This document shows positions 1 to 14,340 of a stretch of 64,000 bases of DNA, piece after piece. Source of the DNA: Octopus sinensis (taxonomy: Eukaryota); the NCBI RefSeq assembly GCF_006345805.1, contig NC_042999.1, positions 148,800,001-148,864,000 of the forward strand. Direction: 5' to 3'. Numbering within the stretch: position 1 is the stretch's first letter; each line of letters begins with the position of its first letter. Under the pieces are notes generated by a model, which was given only the letters and a program-made list of their open reading frames with translations, was not told the origin of the DNA and did not search any database. The position numbers and the translations under genes are program-made.

Positions 1-1974
1 ACCACTTGAATAAGTACCAGACTTTAAAAAATATAGTACTAGAATCAATTTGTTTGACGACACATGATAAAAAATAATACAAAATATTAACCCATTAACT
101 GTATTTAATATGCAAAATGCTTTCCTGAACCATTGTCCAGAAATTGCCATCAACTGATCTAATTGGAGTTATTTCTCTTGTTTTTAGCTCTTTTAAACAC
201 TCCAAGAGAGAGATTTTTGTCTACAAATTGTTTGGATAATTTCAGTGGATCAGGATTTTTTGTCTAAGTATATTATATATGCAAGACCCTACTGTATATG
301 TACGTAGCCAATAAGCCATATTAGAGAAGTGGAAAACAATAGATGATAATCAGATAAACTAGAAGGGAAAAAAGCAGAACAACTATGATTCAGCAGACTT
401 GTGATCAAAGATATTCCAGACATGACCATACTCTCATTTATTCACACAATGTCTCCAGAACCACATTATTTAATACATTCTTGTTTGAAGATCATGGACT
501 ACAATTTGAGAGAACTATGATGGTAGCATTGATAGTATTAGTAATGGTGGTGGTGGTGGTGGTGGTGGTGGTAGTGGTGGTCTTATTTAGCCCCAGATCA
601 GTCCTGATCCAGTAAATCTATGATCAAAGATAGTTCAGCTGTGCACCCCATTTTTTTTTTTTTTTTGTTTTCTTTAAATATAATGTATCTAGGTCTACAA
701 TATTTAATGTATCTTCCTTTTTAAGACTGCAGGGAATTATTGGCAGAGAAATGACCGATATTCGTAGTATATCAAAAAACTATTCAGACACAGATATTCT
801 CTCTCTCTTTCTCTCTGTGAGCATGTTAAATTAAAATCTAAATAGACGGAAAAAAATTTTCCCATCAAGAATATCAGCAGAAAAGTAGTTTAATTGGGAA
901 AATTTTTGTCAGTGCTAACAAAAAATAAAAAGAAATATATAAAAAAAGGAACTCATGACGATATAAATAAAAATGTTTAAAAAAGTATAGATGTTTAAAG
1001 AAGTATAGATGAAATATAACTTACGGGAAAAACTCACTGATAATAAAGTAATGGGAAAATGTGTGTTTGTGTGAATGTCTACAGCATTTGTGATTGTCTG
1101 CACATATACACATACATACAAATGATTTGTATGTTGTGTCTGTGTGATGATTTTGCAGCTTGTTTACACTTTGTAATGTGCATATATGTAGTTTGTACGC
1201 ATGTAGTTAAGTTGACTTGTGTGAAAATATCTAAGTCTTCATCTACATTTATGTCGTTTTTGTAATCTTGTGTGCACTTGGAGTGTGTCACTTATTTATT
1301 ACATATATGAACATATATGTATTCTTTGTATATATGTATATATGTTTATGTCGGCTCAGTGGTTACCGATGATGTTGACTTGTTCTTCTTTTCGGATTAT
1401 GGCTGCTGTTGCTTAGTGAGTGGGATTGACTCAGTGCACAGCCTTTCCTCACTTTAAAAAAATCTTCTTGCACAGGCATTGCACGATAACAACATTGTTC
1501 ATGATTGTTGATGGTGCTATGAGTCTCTACTGAATGACTGGCTGTAGTCTTAAAAAGCAAAGAAAAGTTACATTCGATCGCAGCACCAATAACAGTTAAG
1601 CTTCATGCAATGGCCATACTCGATAACGAGGGGGCAGCCATCATATATGTTTATGTACAATATATACATGTGTAGATATATGAGCCTATCAAACGTATGA
1701 GTGCATAAGTATAATTTAGAAGTGTGTATACATTCCTGTGCAGATATGTCAATGCAAAGCATGCAAGAATGTCTATATGCCTGCATCTGTATGTTCCCAT
1801 TATACATATGTGCATGCATGTCAACAATTGTGTGCATGCATGTCAGTAATTGAGTGCATGCATACATTGCAAGATGATGGATTATGTATTCTACAAAAGT
1901 GGTTCTTACTTAGAATGTATGATTGCAACGGAGCCAATAAAACAGGGATTCCAAAGGTTTTCTTACAACACATT

Positions 1975-2184
1975 TTCACTCTTTAATATTCAGATTACTC
2001 TATCAAACATAATACTTTTTTATTCACATTGTTTTGAATTAATCCTGCATTATCTCATAGCTTCAAGATCCTGATGATATGATTGTTTATTTTTAGACTG
2101 ACATTATTGGATAGGTGTGAAAGGCCAGATCTGGATGGTTTGAAGATAAAACAGATATGGCTAGTTTAAATGCTACAGGATTAA
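1975..2184. mobile_element. Decayed piggyBac-like MITE
   Basis: The right end ...AAATGCTACAGGA|TTAA resembles the AAAGGG|TTAA ends of the MITEs at 7.0-7.5 kb. The left end is degenerate and the family assignment is from recall. Confidence 0.45.
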
Positions 2185-4500
2185 AGTAAATATAATTACT
2201 CTGCCACACTTCATGCCTAAAGTAAAAAAAAATGTATCTAAAAAAATAATCTATTTATGTATATTATATGCATAATTATATAAATAATTTAAAATTATAG
2301 AAAATTAAGTACTTCCATCTGTATTCTGTAACTGAAGCATAATTATAAAGACTTTATATTTTGAATTTCAATTTGCATTTTACACAGTTTAATTATAATC
2401 TTATTTTTTATGCTACTTCTAGGTACACACAAGTGTCATAAAATACTGGGAACCACAATAATAAAGGATAATGAAAGCCCTTAAGAGAACAACAATGAAA
2501 GGCTAGGGGACAAAAGGCAGCAGTAGTGCAGTTTATATACTAAAAAACATGCACTTTATGAATGAAAATTCACTGAATAGACAAATGAGTACACCAATGC
2601 TAAATCTGGTGACCTAAAAAGAAAGACCTACTGGTCACAAGAGATAAACAAATTTGTAAATTTATAAATCTGATAACAAAAATAAGTTTTATAAAATTCT
2701 TAAAAATAACAAAGGAAAGTGTGATGATCAGATGGAAAGGATTAGGGCCAGCCGAGAGCATAGAGTATACAAATGAAAAACATACTACCCATAACTATCA
2801 CACATTGTAAAACTAGAACCAGGAAATTATATTTATCAGTGATTATTACAAAATGAGAAGTTATAATCACCAAAATCAATTACATCAATTATATCAAAAT
2901 AATTAAATTATTTAGTAGTATTTATAAAATATGGTTTCCAACAGTGTTACTAAGCAACTGACAAATTTTTACACGCTGATCTATTCAGACAGAATTTCAT
3001 AATTTAGTTAAATTAATTAAACTAAAGAGAAATGTTCAGACTATTAATTTTCTTTAGAATGTATATCAACAATATATCTTTCTATACAAGATTTTGACTC
3101 ATTTGGTGTCCAATCACCTTCAGGTGATTATGTGTGTGTGTGTGTGTGTGTGTGTGCATGTATGAGGCACAAGTGCTAGATAAAAATTCTTAAATGTAAT
3201 AATGCAAATATTCTACTTTATTTTATTACATTCCATTTTTTTCATTTCCTTGAAAAATCTGAAAACTTTCTACAGCTCTATATAAGTAAATTATGGGAAC
3301 AATTCTTTCATTTCTTCAGACTAACCCTATTACTAATATACTATTCAATACACCGCCCAAAACATTTTATTCCTTTATATGCACACACACATACACACAC
3401 ATATGTGTGTGTGTATAGAAAGAGAGATACATACACATGGTCCAAGACCAATCAAATTGATGGAGGATTGACCAAACTACGGTCATTTTCTAACAGAATG
3501 TATAAACCAAAACTACTTGTCAATGTACAAATTTATAAAACCCCAAATTATTCAGGAATGAGTTGCTTAATGACAACAATATAGATATAAATATGTGAAT
3601 ATACACTCTAAAGTTGTTGTTAATAGTAATTTTATTAACTCACATGTTAGATATATTTAGAAATTCAAAGAAATAGTTACTTGCAAAATGTCTGTCAGAT
3701 TTTTTTTTAAATCATCACTGAATAAAATCTATCAATTAAGTTCAATTAACTTTCTTGATAAATAGTTACTAAATATAGTATCTAATGACTGTTGTGAAAT
3801 TACAAGCAGACTTTGAAAAACTGATATAATAAGGTTCGAAAAAACCAATATCAAAAGGCCGAAATTCATCAATTTTGTTAAATTAGTTATAATTAGACTG
3901 TGAGTAAATTTTGAAGCTAATTGTAACTGTTTCAAATTTTATTTTATGTGCAAACTATCATTATGAGAAATGAATTTGTTACAAAGTTGTAAGAGAGAGA
4001 GAGAAAGCATGAAAGACCAAATGGACAATTGAGGGAGAGGTCGGTGTTCATATCTTGTCATATCGACTGTGTTGTATTTATAAACAATGAAACATGTTTC
4101 TCCAATGCCTCAGTCCCACTAGCTGCAACTAGACACTTCAGAGGGAAACAATTCTAATAGTAAGGAAAAGCAGTACCAATGAATATCTGCATACTTCACC
4201 AGTCTACATACAGTGCTGAGTTGAACTCTTTTAGGCTTGGAAAAGCAACAGATGCCACTCCAACAGCTGACCTTAGACCAGATATCCTGCAATCAACTCA
4301 GTCCCCCTTATTAGGACCCAGACCCCAACTCCAGTTCTGATCACAGGTTGCATGTTTTAAATAAAGTGTAGTAATCCATCCTATATTAAAAGAAGTAGCA
4401 AGTAAAACTCCCAATAGGAGGAGGCGCTTTAAAGGTTACTCATGGAAAAATCCAGAAAAACCACGGGTGCTTGATCAACAACAACAATAATAATAATAAT

Positions 4501-5015
4501 CCTTTCTACTATAGGCACAAGGCCTGAAATTTTGGGGGAGGTAGCAAGTAAATTACATCAACCCCAGTGTTCAAGTGGTACTTATTTCATTGACCCCAAA
4601 AGGATGAAAGGCAAAGCCAACCTTCATGGAATTTGAACTCAGAACATAAAAGCAGAAATACCACGAAGCATTTTTGTCCAGCATGCTAATGATTCTGCCA
4701 CCTCACCATCTTAAGAGCAATAATACTAATTCTTTCAAATCTTGGCACAAGGCCAGCAATATTTTTCAGGTTGGTTATATCAACCCCAGTGATCAACTGG
4801 TACTTATTTTATCAACCCCGCCCCAAAAGAATGAAAGGTAAAGTCAACCTCAGTGGAATTTGAACCCAGAACACAAACAGCCAGAAGAAATGGTGCTAAG
4901 CAATTTTTCTGGTGCATTATTAACTGGTGCCAGCACACTGCCATAATAACAATAATAATAATTAATAATAATAATAATAATGATGATGATAATAATAATA
5001 ATGATAATAATAATG

Positions 5016-5047
<32 letters not shown>

Positions 5048-5271
5048 CCTTTCCACGATAGGCACAAGGCCTGGATTTTGTGGGGAGGGAGATTGTCAAT
5101 TACATAGACCCAAGTGTTTCACTGGTACTTAATTTATCGACCCAGAAAGGATGAAAGGCAAAGTCGACCTCAGTGGAATTTTAACCCAGAACATAAAGAG
5201 CCAGAAGAAATGGTGCTCAGTATTTTGTCTGGTGCGTTATTAATGCGGTGAGCTGGTGCCAGCACACTGCC

Positions 5272-5275
<4 letters not shown>
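4501..5275 (-). mobile_element. Cluster of three SINE family B copies (tRNA-derived, head GGCGAGCTGGCAGAA) separated by (AAT)n
   Basis: Repeated reverse-complement motifs GGATGAAAGGCAAAGTCGACCTC and GAATTTGAACTCAGAA (B-box GAGTTCAAATTC on the minus strand), plus CCTTTCTACTATAGGCACAAGGCC tails. Confidence 0.85.
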
Positions 5276-5308
<33 letters not shown>

Positions 5309-5847
5309 TAATAATAATCTATTTCAGATTAATAAGTGGCTATAATACAAAAGATAAGTACTAACATAGCATCGAAGATGGCAGAAGCATTATTGATTTA
5401 AAGTACTTCCACAGACCATAAAAATGAGCAAGATGGGTTTGGGTATGAGGTAGACGGGGGAGTGGGGGGGGGTATTTCGCCATCACTCTGCAATCCCCCC
5501 CCCCACCCTACCCCCCACTACTCTCCTTGCTTTCAAAGAGAGCAAGGCAAGTAAGATTTTAAGAATTTCTATTCAACTTGTCTGCTTTCTGATTCAAGAA
5601 ATTTATAGATTTAGTTTAGAGAGCTACACTAAATAAATGACTTCACTTTCTGGAAAAGAAATGGAGAATGAGAATTTGAAAACCTGCATGTCGTTCCAAA
5701 GATGATTAATAATGTTACTCAAGTGGTTTTTGGCTGCATTATTTTTTTTTTTACATCTTTCAGAGAATGACATGAATGTCACCTCTACATGTGTGCTTAG
5801 TCAAAAGAAACCATCATTATTATTATTATCATTATTATGCTATTATT

Positions 5848-6990
5848 AAGACAGCAAGCTGGCAGAATCATTAGCATGCTGGGCAAAATGCTTAGCAGTA
5901 TTTTGTTTGCCGCTATGTTCTGAGTTCACATTCTGCTTAGGTCGACTTTACCTTTCATCCTTTCGGGGTCGATAAATTCAATACCAGTTGAGTACTGGGG
6001 GTCGATATAATTGACTTACCCCTCCCCCAAATTTCAGGCCTTGTGTCTATAGTAGAAAGGATTATTATTATCATTTTTATTAAAGAAGCAAGCTAGAAGA
6101 ATCGTTAGCCTGCTGAAGATGCTTAGTGGTATTTTGCCTGTCACTACATTCTAAGTTCAAATTATGCCAAGGTCAACTTTGCTTTTCATCCTCTGTGGCT
6201 ATAGTAGAAAAGATTATTATTATTATATTATTATTATTATTAAGGCAGCAGTGATCTGGCAAAATTGTTAGACACTGGACAAAATGCTTTGCGGTATTTT
6301 GCCTGTTGAAAAATAAGACGGCAAGCTGGCAGAATCGTTAGCACGCTGGGCGAAATGCTTTGCAGTATTTCGTCTACCACTACGTTCTGAGTTCAAATTC
6401 CACCGAGGTCGACTTTGCCTTTCATCCTTTCGGAGTCGATTAAATAAGTACCAGTTATGCACTAGGGTCGATATAATCAACTTAATTTGTTTGTCTGTCC
6501 TTGTTTGTCCTGTCTGTGTTTAGCACCTTGCGGGTAATAAAGAAATAGGTATTTTGCCTGTTGCTATGTTCTCAATTCAAATTCCTCTGAGGTTGACTTT
6601 GCCTTTCATCCTTTCAGGGGTTGATAAATTAAGTACCAGTGGAGTACTGGGCTCGATCATATTGGAGCCTGGTGCAGCCTTACAGGCTTGCCAGTCCTTG
6701 GTCAAACTGTCCAATCCATGCCAGCATGGAAAACGGACATAAAACAATGATGATTGTTATAATCATTATTATTAAAACAGTAGATTGACAGAATCACCAG
6801 AATGTCATTTAAAAAAAGCCATGTGTCATTTGTCCCAGCTCTTAAGACTCTGAATTCAAATCTCTTTGAGACTAACTTTGTCTTTTATCCACTGGGGTTG
6901 ATTAAAATGGAGTACCATTGAAGTTATAGTGCCAATTTGACTCAAGCCACTGCCTCAAAGTTGTTGGCCTTGAGTCTAAATTAGAAAATT
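5848..6990 (+). mobile_element. Chain of SINE family B copies, including a nested copy at 6309-6547
   Basis: Recurrent GCAAGCTGGCAGAATC...GAGTTCAAATTCC...GTCGACTTTGCCTTTCATCCTTTCGG units joined by (ATT)n. The nested copy is flanked by the 16-bp direct repeat GGTATTTTGCCTGTTG (6293-6308 and 6548-6563). Confidence 0.85.
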
Positions 6991-7021
6991 TAGATGAAGC
7001 AGTTCTTATATTTCAACTTAA

Positions 7022-7207
7022 CCCTTTAGTTACTGTATTTATTTTGAGATGCTCTGTGTTTCTTTCAGTTACTTTAAATATAACAAAGTGTTAGGAACAT
7101 AAATTGTGATTAAGATTTGGTGGAAGATTTTAATTTAGAACTTTTGAAAACAAGACATTTGTACTACAGATCCAAAGGCAGTTTCAGCTGGGTTAGTATC
7201 AAAAGGG
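7022..7207. mobile_element. piggyBac-type MITE, copy 1
   Basis: TTAA|CCCTTTAGTTAC ... TCAAAAGGG|TTAA, with TTAA at 7018-7021 and 7208-7211. The interior is similar to copy 2. Confidence 0.8.
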
Positions 7208-7238
7208 TTAAGAATTCTTTCTCTATTATAAATTTTAA

Positions 7239-7462
7239 CCCTTTTGTTACCATATTTCTGTTGAAATGTTTTGTGTTTCTTTCAATTAATTTTAAATATA
7301 ACAAAGAATTTAGTAAAATAACAACTTAGTTATCATTAAGCTAGTGTTAGGAGCATAAATTGTGATTAAGCTTTGGTGGAAGATTTTAATTCAAAACTTA
7401 TGAAAACAAGACATTTGTACTCAGAGCGAGAGCCGGTTTCAGCAGGGTTGGTAACAAAAGGG
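7239..7462. mobile_element. piggyBac-type MITE, copy 2
   Basis: Perfect 14-bp TIRs CCCTTTTGTTACCA / TGGTAACAAAAGGG, with TTAA target sites at 7235-7238 and 7463-7466. Confidence 0.88.
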
Positions 7463-7519
7463 TTAAGGTATTGCCTTTCATCTGTCTGAAGGACTGCAGG
7501 ATGAGGGAATGTTAGAGTA

Positions 7520-8320
7520 AAGAATGCGAGACGAAGGAATGCTAGGATACAGAATGCGAGACAAAGGAAATGTGAGACAAAGGAAATGCGAGATGAAGGA
7601 AATGTGAGATGAAGGAAATGCGAGACAAAGAGAATGCGAGACGAAGGAAATGCGAGACAAAGGAAATGCGAGACGAAGAGAATGCGAGACGAAGAGAATG
7701 CGAGACGAAGAGAATGCGAGACGAAGGAAATGTGAGATGAAGGAAATGCGAGACGAAGAGAATGCGAGACGAAGTGAATGCGAGACGAGGGAATGTGAGA
7801 CGAGGGAATGCGAGATGAAAGGAATGCGAGACGAAAGGAATGCGAGACAAAAGGAATGCGAGACGAAAGGAATGCGAGACGAAAGGAATGCGAGACGAAA
7901 GGAATGCGAGACGAAAGGAATGCGAGGCGAAAGGAATGCGAGGCGAAAGGAATGCGAAGCGAAAGGAATGCGAGGCGAAAGGAATGCGAGACGAAAGGAA
8001 TGTGAGACGAAAGGAATGCGAGACGAAAGGAATGCGAGACAAAAGGAATGCGAGACGAAAGGAATGCGAGGCGAAATGAATGCGAGGTGAAATGAATGCG
8101 AGGCAAAAGGAATGCGAGGCGAAAGGAATGCGAGACGAAAGGAATGCGAGACGAAAGGAATGCGAAACGAAAGGAATGCAAGACAAAAGGAATGTGAGAC
8201 GAAAGGAATGCGAGACGAAAGGAATGCGAGACGAAGGAGTGCAAGATAAATGCGATTCAAGGAATGCAGGAAGAAAGCAAGTGGAAAGAAAGAATGTGAC
8301 GCAAAGAATGCGAGGTAAGA
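7520..8320. repeat. 16-bp minisatellite (GAATGCGAGACGAAAG)n
   Basis: Direct tandem units are visible. The 16-aa periodicity of the overlapping ORFs equals three units. Confidence 0.95.
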
Positions 8321-8741
8321 ATGCAATGCGAAGAATTCAACAGAAGGAATGAGAAGGAGGGGGAAATGTGAAAGAAAGTGAACAGGAAAGAAAATTTTCT
8401 AAAATGTTGCTTTTAACAAACATTGATAATACAATATTAAAAAAAAAACTGCTGCACGTGTAATCGAAAGATTAAGACTTTTCCATGTAAAAACATGGTT
8501 TTATTTTATGAATAAATTTGAAACTTAATTTTCCAATACTTTCCAGTTAGTTAAATTTACTTTCAAAATAACTGGAGCATTACATTGCATCCTGCCACCC
8601 TGTATCACTCTATTAACATCATCACTAATTAGTTAAAAAGCGATTACTTTTTTTCGCTTTCTACTGCCAACTCCATCAATGCAGAGATGTTGTTGTTGTT
8701 TTGCTTTTATTTCCATTATTATCATTATCATCATCAGAACA

Positions 8742-10276
8742 TCAAGCTAGCAGAATCATTAGCATGCCAAACGAAATGCTTAGCAGCATTTCATCTGTTG
8801 TTGTGTTCTGAGTTCAATTTCCATTGAGGCTGACTTTGCCTTTCATCATTTTGGGATCAATAAAATAAGTACCAGTTGAGCACTAGGGGTCGATGTAATC
8901 GACTTACACCCTCTCCTGAAATTACTGGCCCTGTGCTAAAATTTGAAACTATTATTATTATTATCATTATATTCAAGGCATTAAGACGGCAGAATCTTTA
9001 GCACGCCAGGCAAAATACTTAGCAGCACAGGCTTTACATTCTGAGTTCAAATTCCGCTGAGGTCAGCTTTGCTTTTCATCTTTTCGGAATTGATAAATTA
9101 AGTACCAGTTGCATACAGGGGTCAATATAATCAACTAGTCCCCTCCCCCAAAATTTCAGACCTTGTGCTTATAAAAGATGATGATTATTATTATTATTAT
9201 TATTATTAATATTATTATTTAGGGCGGCAAGCTGGCAGAATCATTAGCATGCCAGGCAAAATGCTTAGTGGTATTTCGTCCGTCGCTACATTCTGAGTTC
9301 AAATTCAGCCAAAGTCAACTTGGCCTTTCATCCTTTCGGGGTCGATAAGTTAAGTACCAGTTGAGAACTGGGGTCGATGTAATCGACTATGCCTCTCCTC
9401 CAAATTTCAGGCCTTGTGCAGAGGTCGACATTGAGCACCGGGGTCAATGTAATCGTCTTACCCCTCCTGATTGATAAAATAAGTACCAGTTGCACACTGG
9501 GGTTAAAGTAATTAACTAGCCCACTCCCACTAAAATTTTAGGCCTTGTACCTATAGTAGAAAGGACTATTACTATTATTATTATTATTATTATTATAAAG
9601 AAAGCAGTGAGCTGGCAGAGTTGTTAGCATGCTGGACAAAATGCTAAGCAGTATTTTGCCTGTCACTATGTTTTGAGTTCAAATGTCGCTGAGGTCAACT
9701 TTGCCTTTCATCCTTTCGAGGTCGATAGATTAAGTACCAGTGAAATTCTGGAGCCAATATATGTGACTAGTCCCCTTCCCCAAAACTTTAGGCCTGGTGC
9801 CTATAATAGAAAGGATTATTATTGAGTTGGAGAGCAGTGCATGCCATTGAAATGACACTGGAATAATATATATGAAACCCAGTATTCCCATCATGACCAC
9901 CTGCCTGATAAGGGACATGCATCACAACCATATGTGCACGACATGGTGATCTCATATCAAGATAAACAGCACATAACCTTACAAGGTTTGTTTAAGGATT
10001 TTGAACAAAACAGCCATGTTTCCAGGGGTGAATTATCCGAACTCCAAAGAATTCCTCTTAACACATGGTGCTTCCCCAATATTTCTGCTTGTGATCAGAG
10101 ATGCACATATCATCAGCCACTAAGAGACATGCTCAGCTGGTTAAGGTCAAACAACAGACAAGCAAATCTGTGGTATTGAGCAGAATATTTACTATAGACC
10201 ATCTTTTATACCAAGACAAAACAATGTACATGATAACACTTCCAATCAGTTAAGATCAAAAGCCATGAGAGATTAA

Positions 10277-10307
<31 letters not shown>

Positions 10308-10515
10308 GCAGCAAGCTGGCAGAATCGTTAGTGCGCTGGATGAAATGCTTAGCAGTATTTTCACCCGCCACTCTGTTCTGAGTTCAAATTCCACTGAAGT
10401 TGACTTTGCGTTTCATCCTTTCGAGGACGATAAATTAAGTATCAGTTGCATACTGGGGTCGATCTGATTGACTCATCCCATCCCCCAAAATTGCTGCCCT
10501 TGTGGCATAATTTGA
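8742..10515 (+). mobile_element. Second chain of SINE family B copies (about 6-7), with an unrelated repeat-like segment near 9820-10200
   Basis: Heads near 8742, 8975, 9220, 9600 and 10305, each preceded by (ATT)n. The B-box and GTCGATGTAATCGAC core recur. Confidence 0.85.
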
Positions 10516-10849
10516 AATTGTTGTCGTCGTCATTGTTGTTGATATTATCATTATTATTATCTTTTTATTATTATGGCTGTTGTTGTTGCAGAATAGTCAG
10601 TCAAACTTAACCTATAACCATTGTGGTGTTGATAAATAGAAATGTGGACCTACTCAACTATATCATCCTCTGAGATCTTTGGTCTTTTGTTTATATTAGA
10701 AACTATTATATTATCATCATTGACATGATCATCAACAGCAACCCCTCAGCAGTAGTTGATGTAAATACTGATTAGGGACTGAAAAATCCTTAGAGGTTTT
10801 GTTTAGAAAAGAACAGCATAGATGGTAAATGATAAATCCTTGTTTAAAT

Positions 10850-12500
10850 CTGGTACTTATTCTATCAATCGCTTTTTGTCAAACTGCTAAGTTACAAGGA
10901 TGTAAACAAACCAACACCAGTTGTCTAGTGGTAGGGGAATAAATGCAAACACACACACGAAGGGCTTCCACACAATTCCTGTCTACCAAATTCACTCACA
11001 AGACATTGGTTAGTCTGGGACAGTAGTAGAAGCACCTGACCCAAAATGCCACGCAGTAGGACTGAACTTGAAACCACATGGTTGTGAAGTGAGCTTCTTA
11101 ATCACACAGCCATGCCTGAAGCTTTTATTTTATCTTCTGAGGTATCCATGTGTCTACTCAACAGCAAGACACCTACTCCACACTCCTAGTTGAGGGGGTT
11201 TTGTCTTGCAGCATACTTGGGGACTATGTCAGTGCCGATACCACATGAAAAAGCACCCAGTACACTCTGTAAAGTGATTTGCATTAGGAAGAACACCCAC
11301 CTTTAGAGACCATGCCAAAACACAACTATAGAACCTTGCCAGCTACTGTCAAACTATCCAACCCATGCCAGCATGGAAAACTCGTGTTAAATTATGATGA
11401 AACTCAGTATCATTATTGAATAATATTTACCTTCACTTAGACGACTCCTCCATAAACAACATTTCTCAAGAAAATTGTGCATACGTAATTATGATGTGTA
11501 TTTATGGATGAGACAGTTAAATACTCTTTGATCTGCAAATATTCCCACACTTATTGGATTGTCGAATTATTTGTGTGAACTCTGGTCAAAAGATACGAAC
11601 CGCACCTCTTTAAACTTCGTCCTTGACCCTTATTTACTGATATAACTAAAGCAAGCCTAACAGGAAATTGTAATTTTTTTCAGAATAAATGATAAATTAA
11701 ATAATTGTCAAACATTTCAAAAGAAATCTAGAGAATAATCTACACTGTTTCCTAACACTGTATCTTATATTTTTTGTTTCAGTCATTAGATTGTGGCCAT
11801 GCTGGGGCACCACCTAGAGGAATATTTAGTCAAATGAATCGACCCCATTATTTTTTTAAGCCCAACACTTATTCTGTTGGTCTCTTTTGCAGGACCACTA
11901 AGTTACGGGGGTATAAACAAATCAACAATGGTTGTCAAGCAGTGGTGGAGAACAAACACAAAGATACACACACAGGCTTCTTTCAGTTTCCATCATTGGG
12001 CGGCCCAAGACTACAACTTAGAAGCATGTAGATTGGAAAAAAACTGCTCACTATACACCCATGCCTGCACCTAATGAATAAATTGAATAAATTTACTCTC
12101 TCTCTCTTTTATTTGTTTCAATCATTTGACTGTGGCCATGCTGGAGCACTGCTTTTAGTCGAGCAAATCGACCCCAGGACTTATTCTTTGTAAGCCTAGT
12201 ACTTATTCTATCAGTCTCTTTTGCTGAATTGCTAAGTTATGGGGACGAAACACACCAGCGTCGGTTGTCAAGCGATGTTGGAGGGGACAAACAGACATAC
12301 AAACACACACACAAATATATATATACATATATACGATGGGTTTATTTTTTTTCAGTTTCCGTCGACCAAATCCACTCACATGGCTCTGGTCGGCCCGAGG
12401 CTATAGTAGAAGACACTTGCCCAAGGTGCCATGCAGTGGGACTGAACCCGGAACCATGTGGTTGGTAAGCAAGCTACTTACCACACAGTCACTCCTGTGA
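10850..12500 (-). mobile_element. Three SINE family A copies (about 10850-11118, 11774-12070, 12105-12500) and an RTE-tail fragment (about 11200-11400, plus strand)
   Basis: Reverse-complement head motifs CAGTGGGACTGAACCCGGAACCATGTGGTTGGTAAGCAAGCTACTTACCACACAG and the tail motif CAGTCATTTGACTGTGGCCATGCTGGAGCAC. Confidence 0.85.
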
Positions 12501-13759
12501 CTATGTTTTATATTTTGTTTCTACAGGCAGCAAATTGGCAGAGCATAGCACAAAATGTCATGCAGTATGTATTCCAACTCTATATGCTTCAAGTTCAAAC
12601 CCTGTGATGGTCAAATTTTGCCTTCCAACCTGTTGGGGCCAATAAAAGTACCAATAAAAGGTAGTAGAGGGGAATAAGCTGAATAAATGATATACCTTAT
12701 GTCTGACAGTATTTGCCCATCTCTTAGCCAACTAAGTTCAAGTCCTGCCACAGCATATTTGAGTAGTAGACCTAATCTGCTGTTGGGCCAAACACAACAA
12801 TCTAGAATCTTGAGTGACAGATGGAGGTGTTATGAACATTGCATTGCCTTCCATGCCAGCCCACATAAAGGAGGAAAGTGATTTCACAGCATTCAAACAA
12901 TCCTTAGATGATTACCTCCAACAAATACCAGATAAACCACTCACACCCGGATATGTCTCTGAAAACAATAACTCTCTGCTTGAATGAGCTATGGTACCCA
13001 AGAGCTGACTGTGTAGCTCTTCCGGGTGGTACTATTAAATTAGACATGGCCTGGGTCAACTTCAGCCGAAACTAATCTAAGTAATATCTATCAACAGCTA
13101 AAGAAGAGCTTAGCTTTGCCAAGACTGGTGATGCTCAAGAAGCAGCTTCAAAGGACCCAGCATAAAGAAGGTATCCAGAATGGATGGGGGTCAAAATCAT
13201 GGTGCTCCTTAATCTTTACTATTGTAAACTAAAGGTTTAATCTGCTGTAATGTATTGTAGTACATTCCCCACCACCACTACCTACATATCATCATCATCT
13301 TAATGTTCCCTTTTCCACACTTGTAAGGGTCAGATAGAATGAAATGAGGGAGATTCTCTATGACCAGATGCCCTTCCAATTTCCAATCCCCACCAGTTTC
13401 CAACCAAGATATTCCCCCATTGCTGGTCATATTTTCATGGAAGATTAGAAATGGATGACACCACTTATGTGACAGTAACACACATTTACAGCAATTGCAC
13501 ACAAATACATACATACACACAAGAATTAAACAATGACAATAAGTGTCGAATGCTGTATTCTCAACCACAATGGAGACAAGTACCAATATCTCCAAGTAGT
13601 TTGCTTGAAAAATTGTGGAGATCTCTTCTACATGAAACCATTGGTTGCCTTGTTAATCCACAATGAGCTTCTTTGAGTAATCATGTATCAAATTCACTCC
13701 AAAACCACATGCTTGGAAAGCAAAGTTCTTAATCCCATAACCATGCTGGTACCATATAA

Positions 13760-13761
13760 TA

Positions 13762-13792
<31 letters not shown>

Positions 13793-14055
13793 CATATATA
13801 TATATATATATATATATTCACACACACACATATATATATATATTCACACACACATATATATATATATATTCACACACACACATATATATATATATATATT
13901 CACACACACACATATATATATATATTCACACACACACATATATATATATATTCACACACACACATATATATATATATTCACACACACACATATATATATA
14001 TATTCACACACACACTTATATATATATATTCACACACACATATATATATGTATGC

Positions 14056-14088
<33 letters not shown>

Positions 14089-14340
14089 TATATGTGTGTG
14101 TATGTATGCATGTGTGTATATATATATATGTATGCATGTGTGTGTGTATGTATATATATATGCATGTGTGTGTGTATGTATATATATATATGCATGTGTG
14201 TGTGTATGTATATATATATATGCATGTGTGTGTGTGTATGTATATATATATATGCATGTGTGTGTGTATGTATATATATATATATGCATATATATATATA
14301 TATATAATATATATATATATGGATGTATATATATATATAT
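13760..14340. repeat. Complex (TA)n/(CA)n microsatellite with a higher-order unit
   Basis: Repeated TATATTCACACACACACATATA blocks followed by TATGCATGTGTGTGTG blocks. Confidence 0.95.

Noticed and set aside
5455-5520. G-tract followed by C-tract (G-quadruplex or hairpin)
   Set aside because: Short, irregular homopolymer runs with no supporting context.
10085-10118. Minus-strand CTGATGA...GAAA
   Set aside because: No stem I pairing and a poorly placed stem II.
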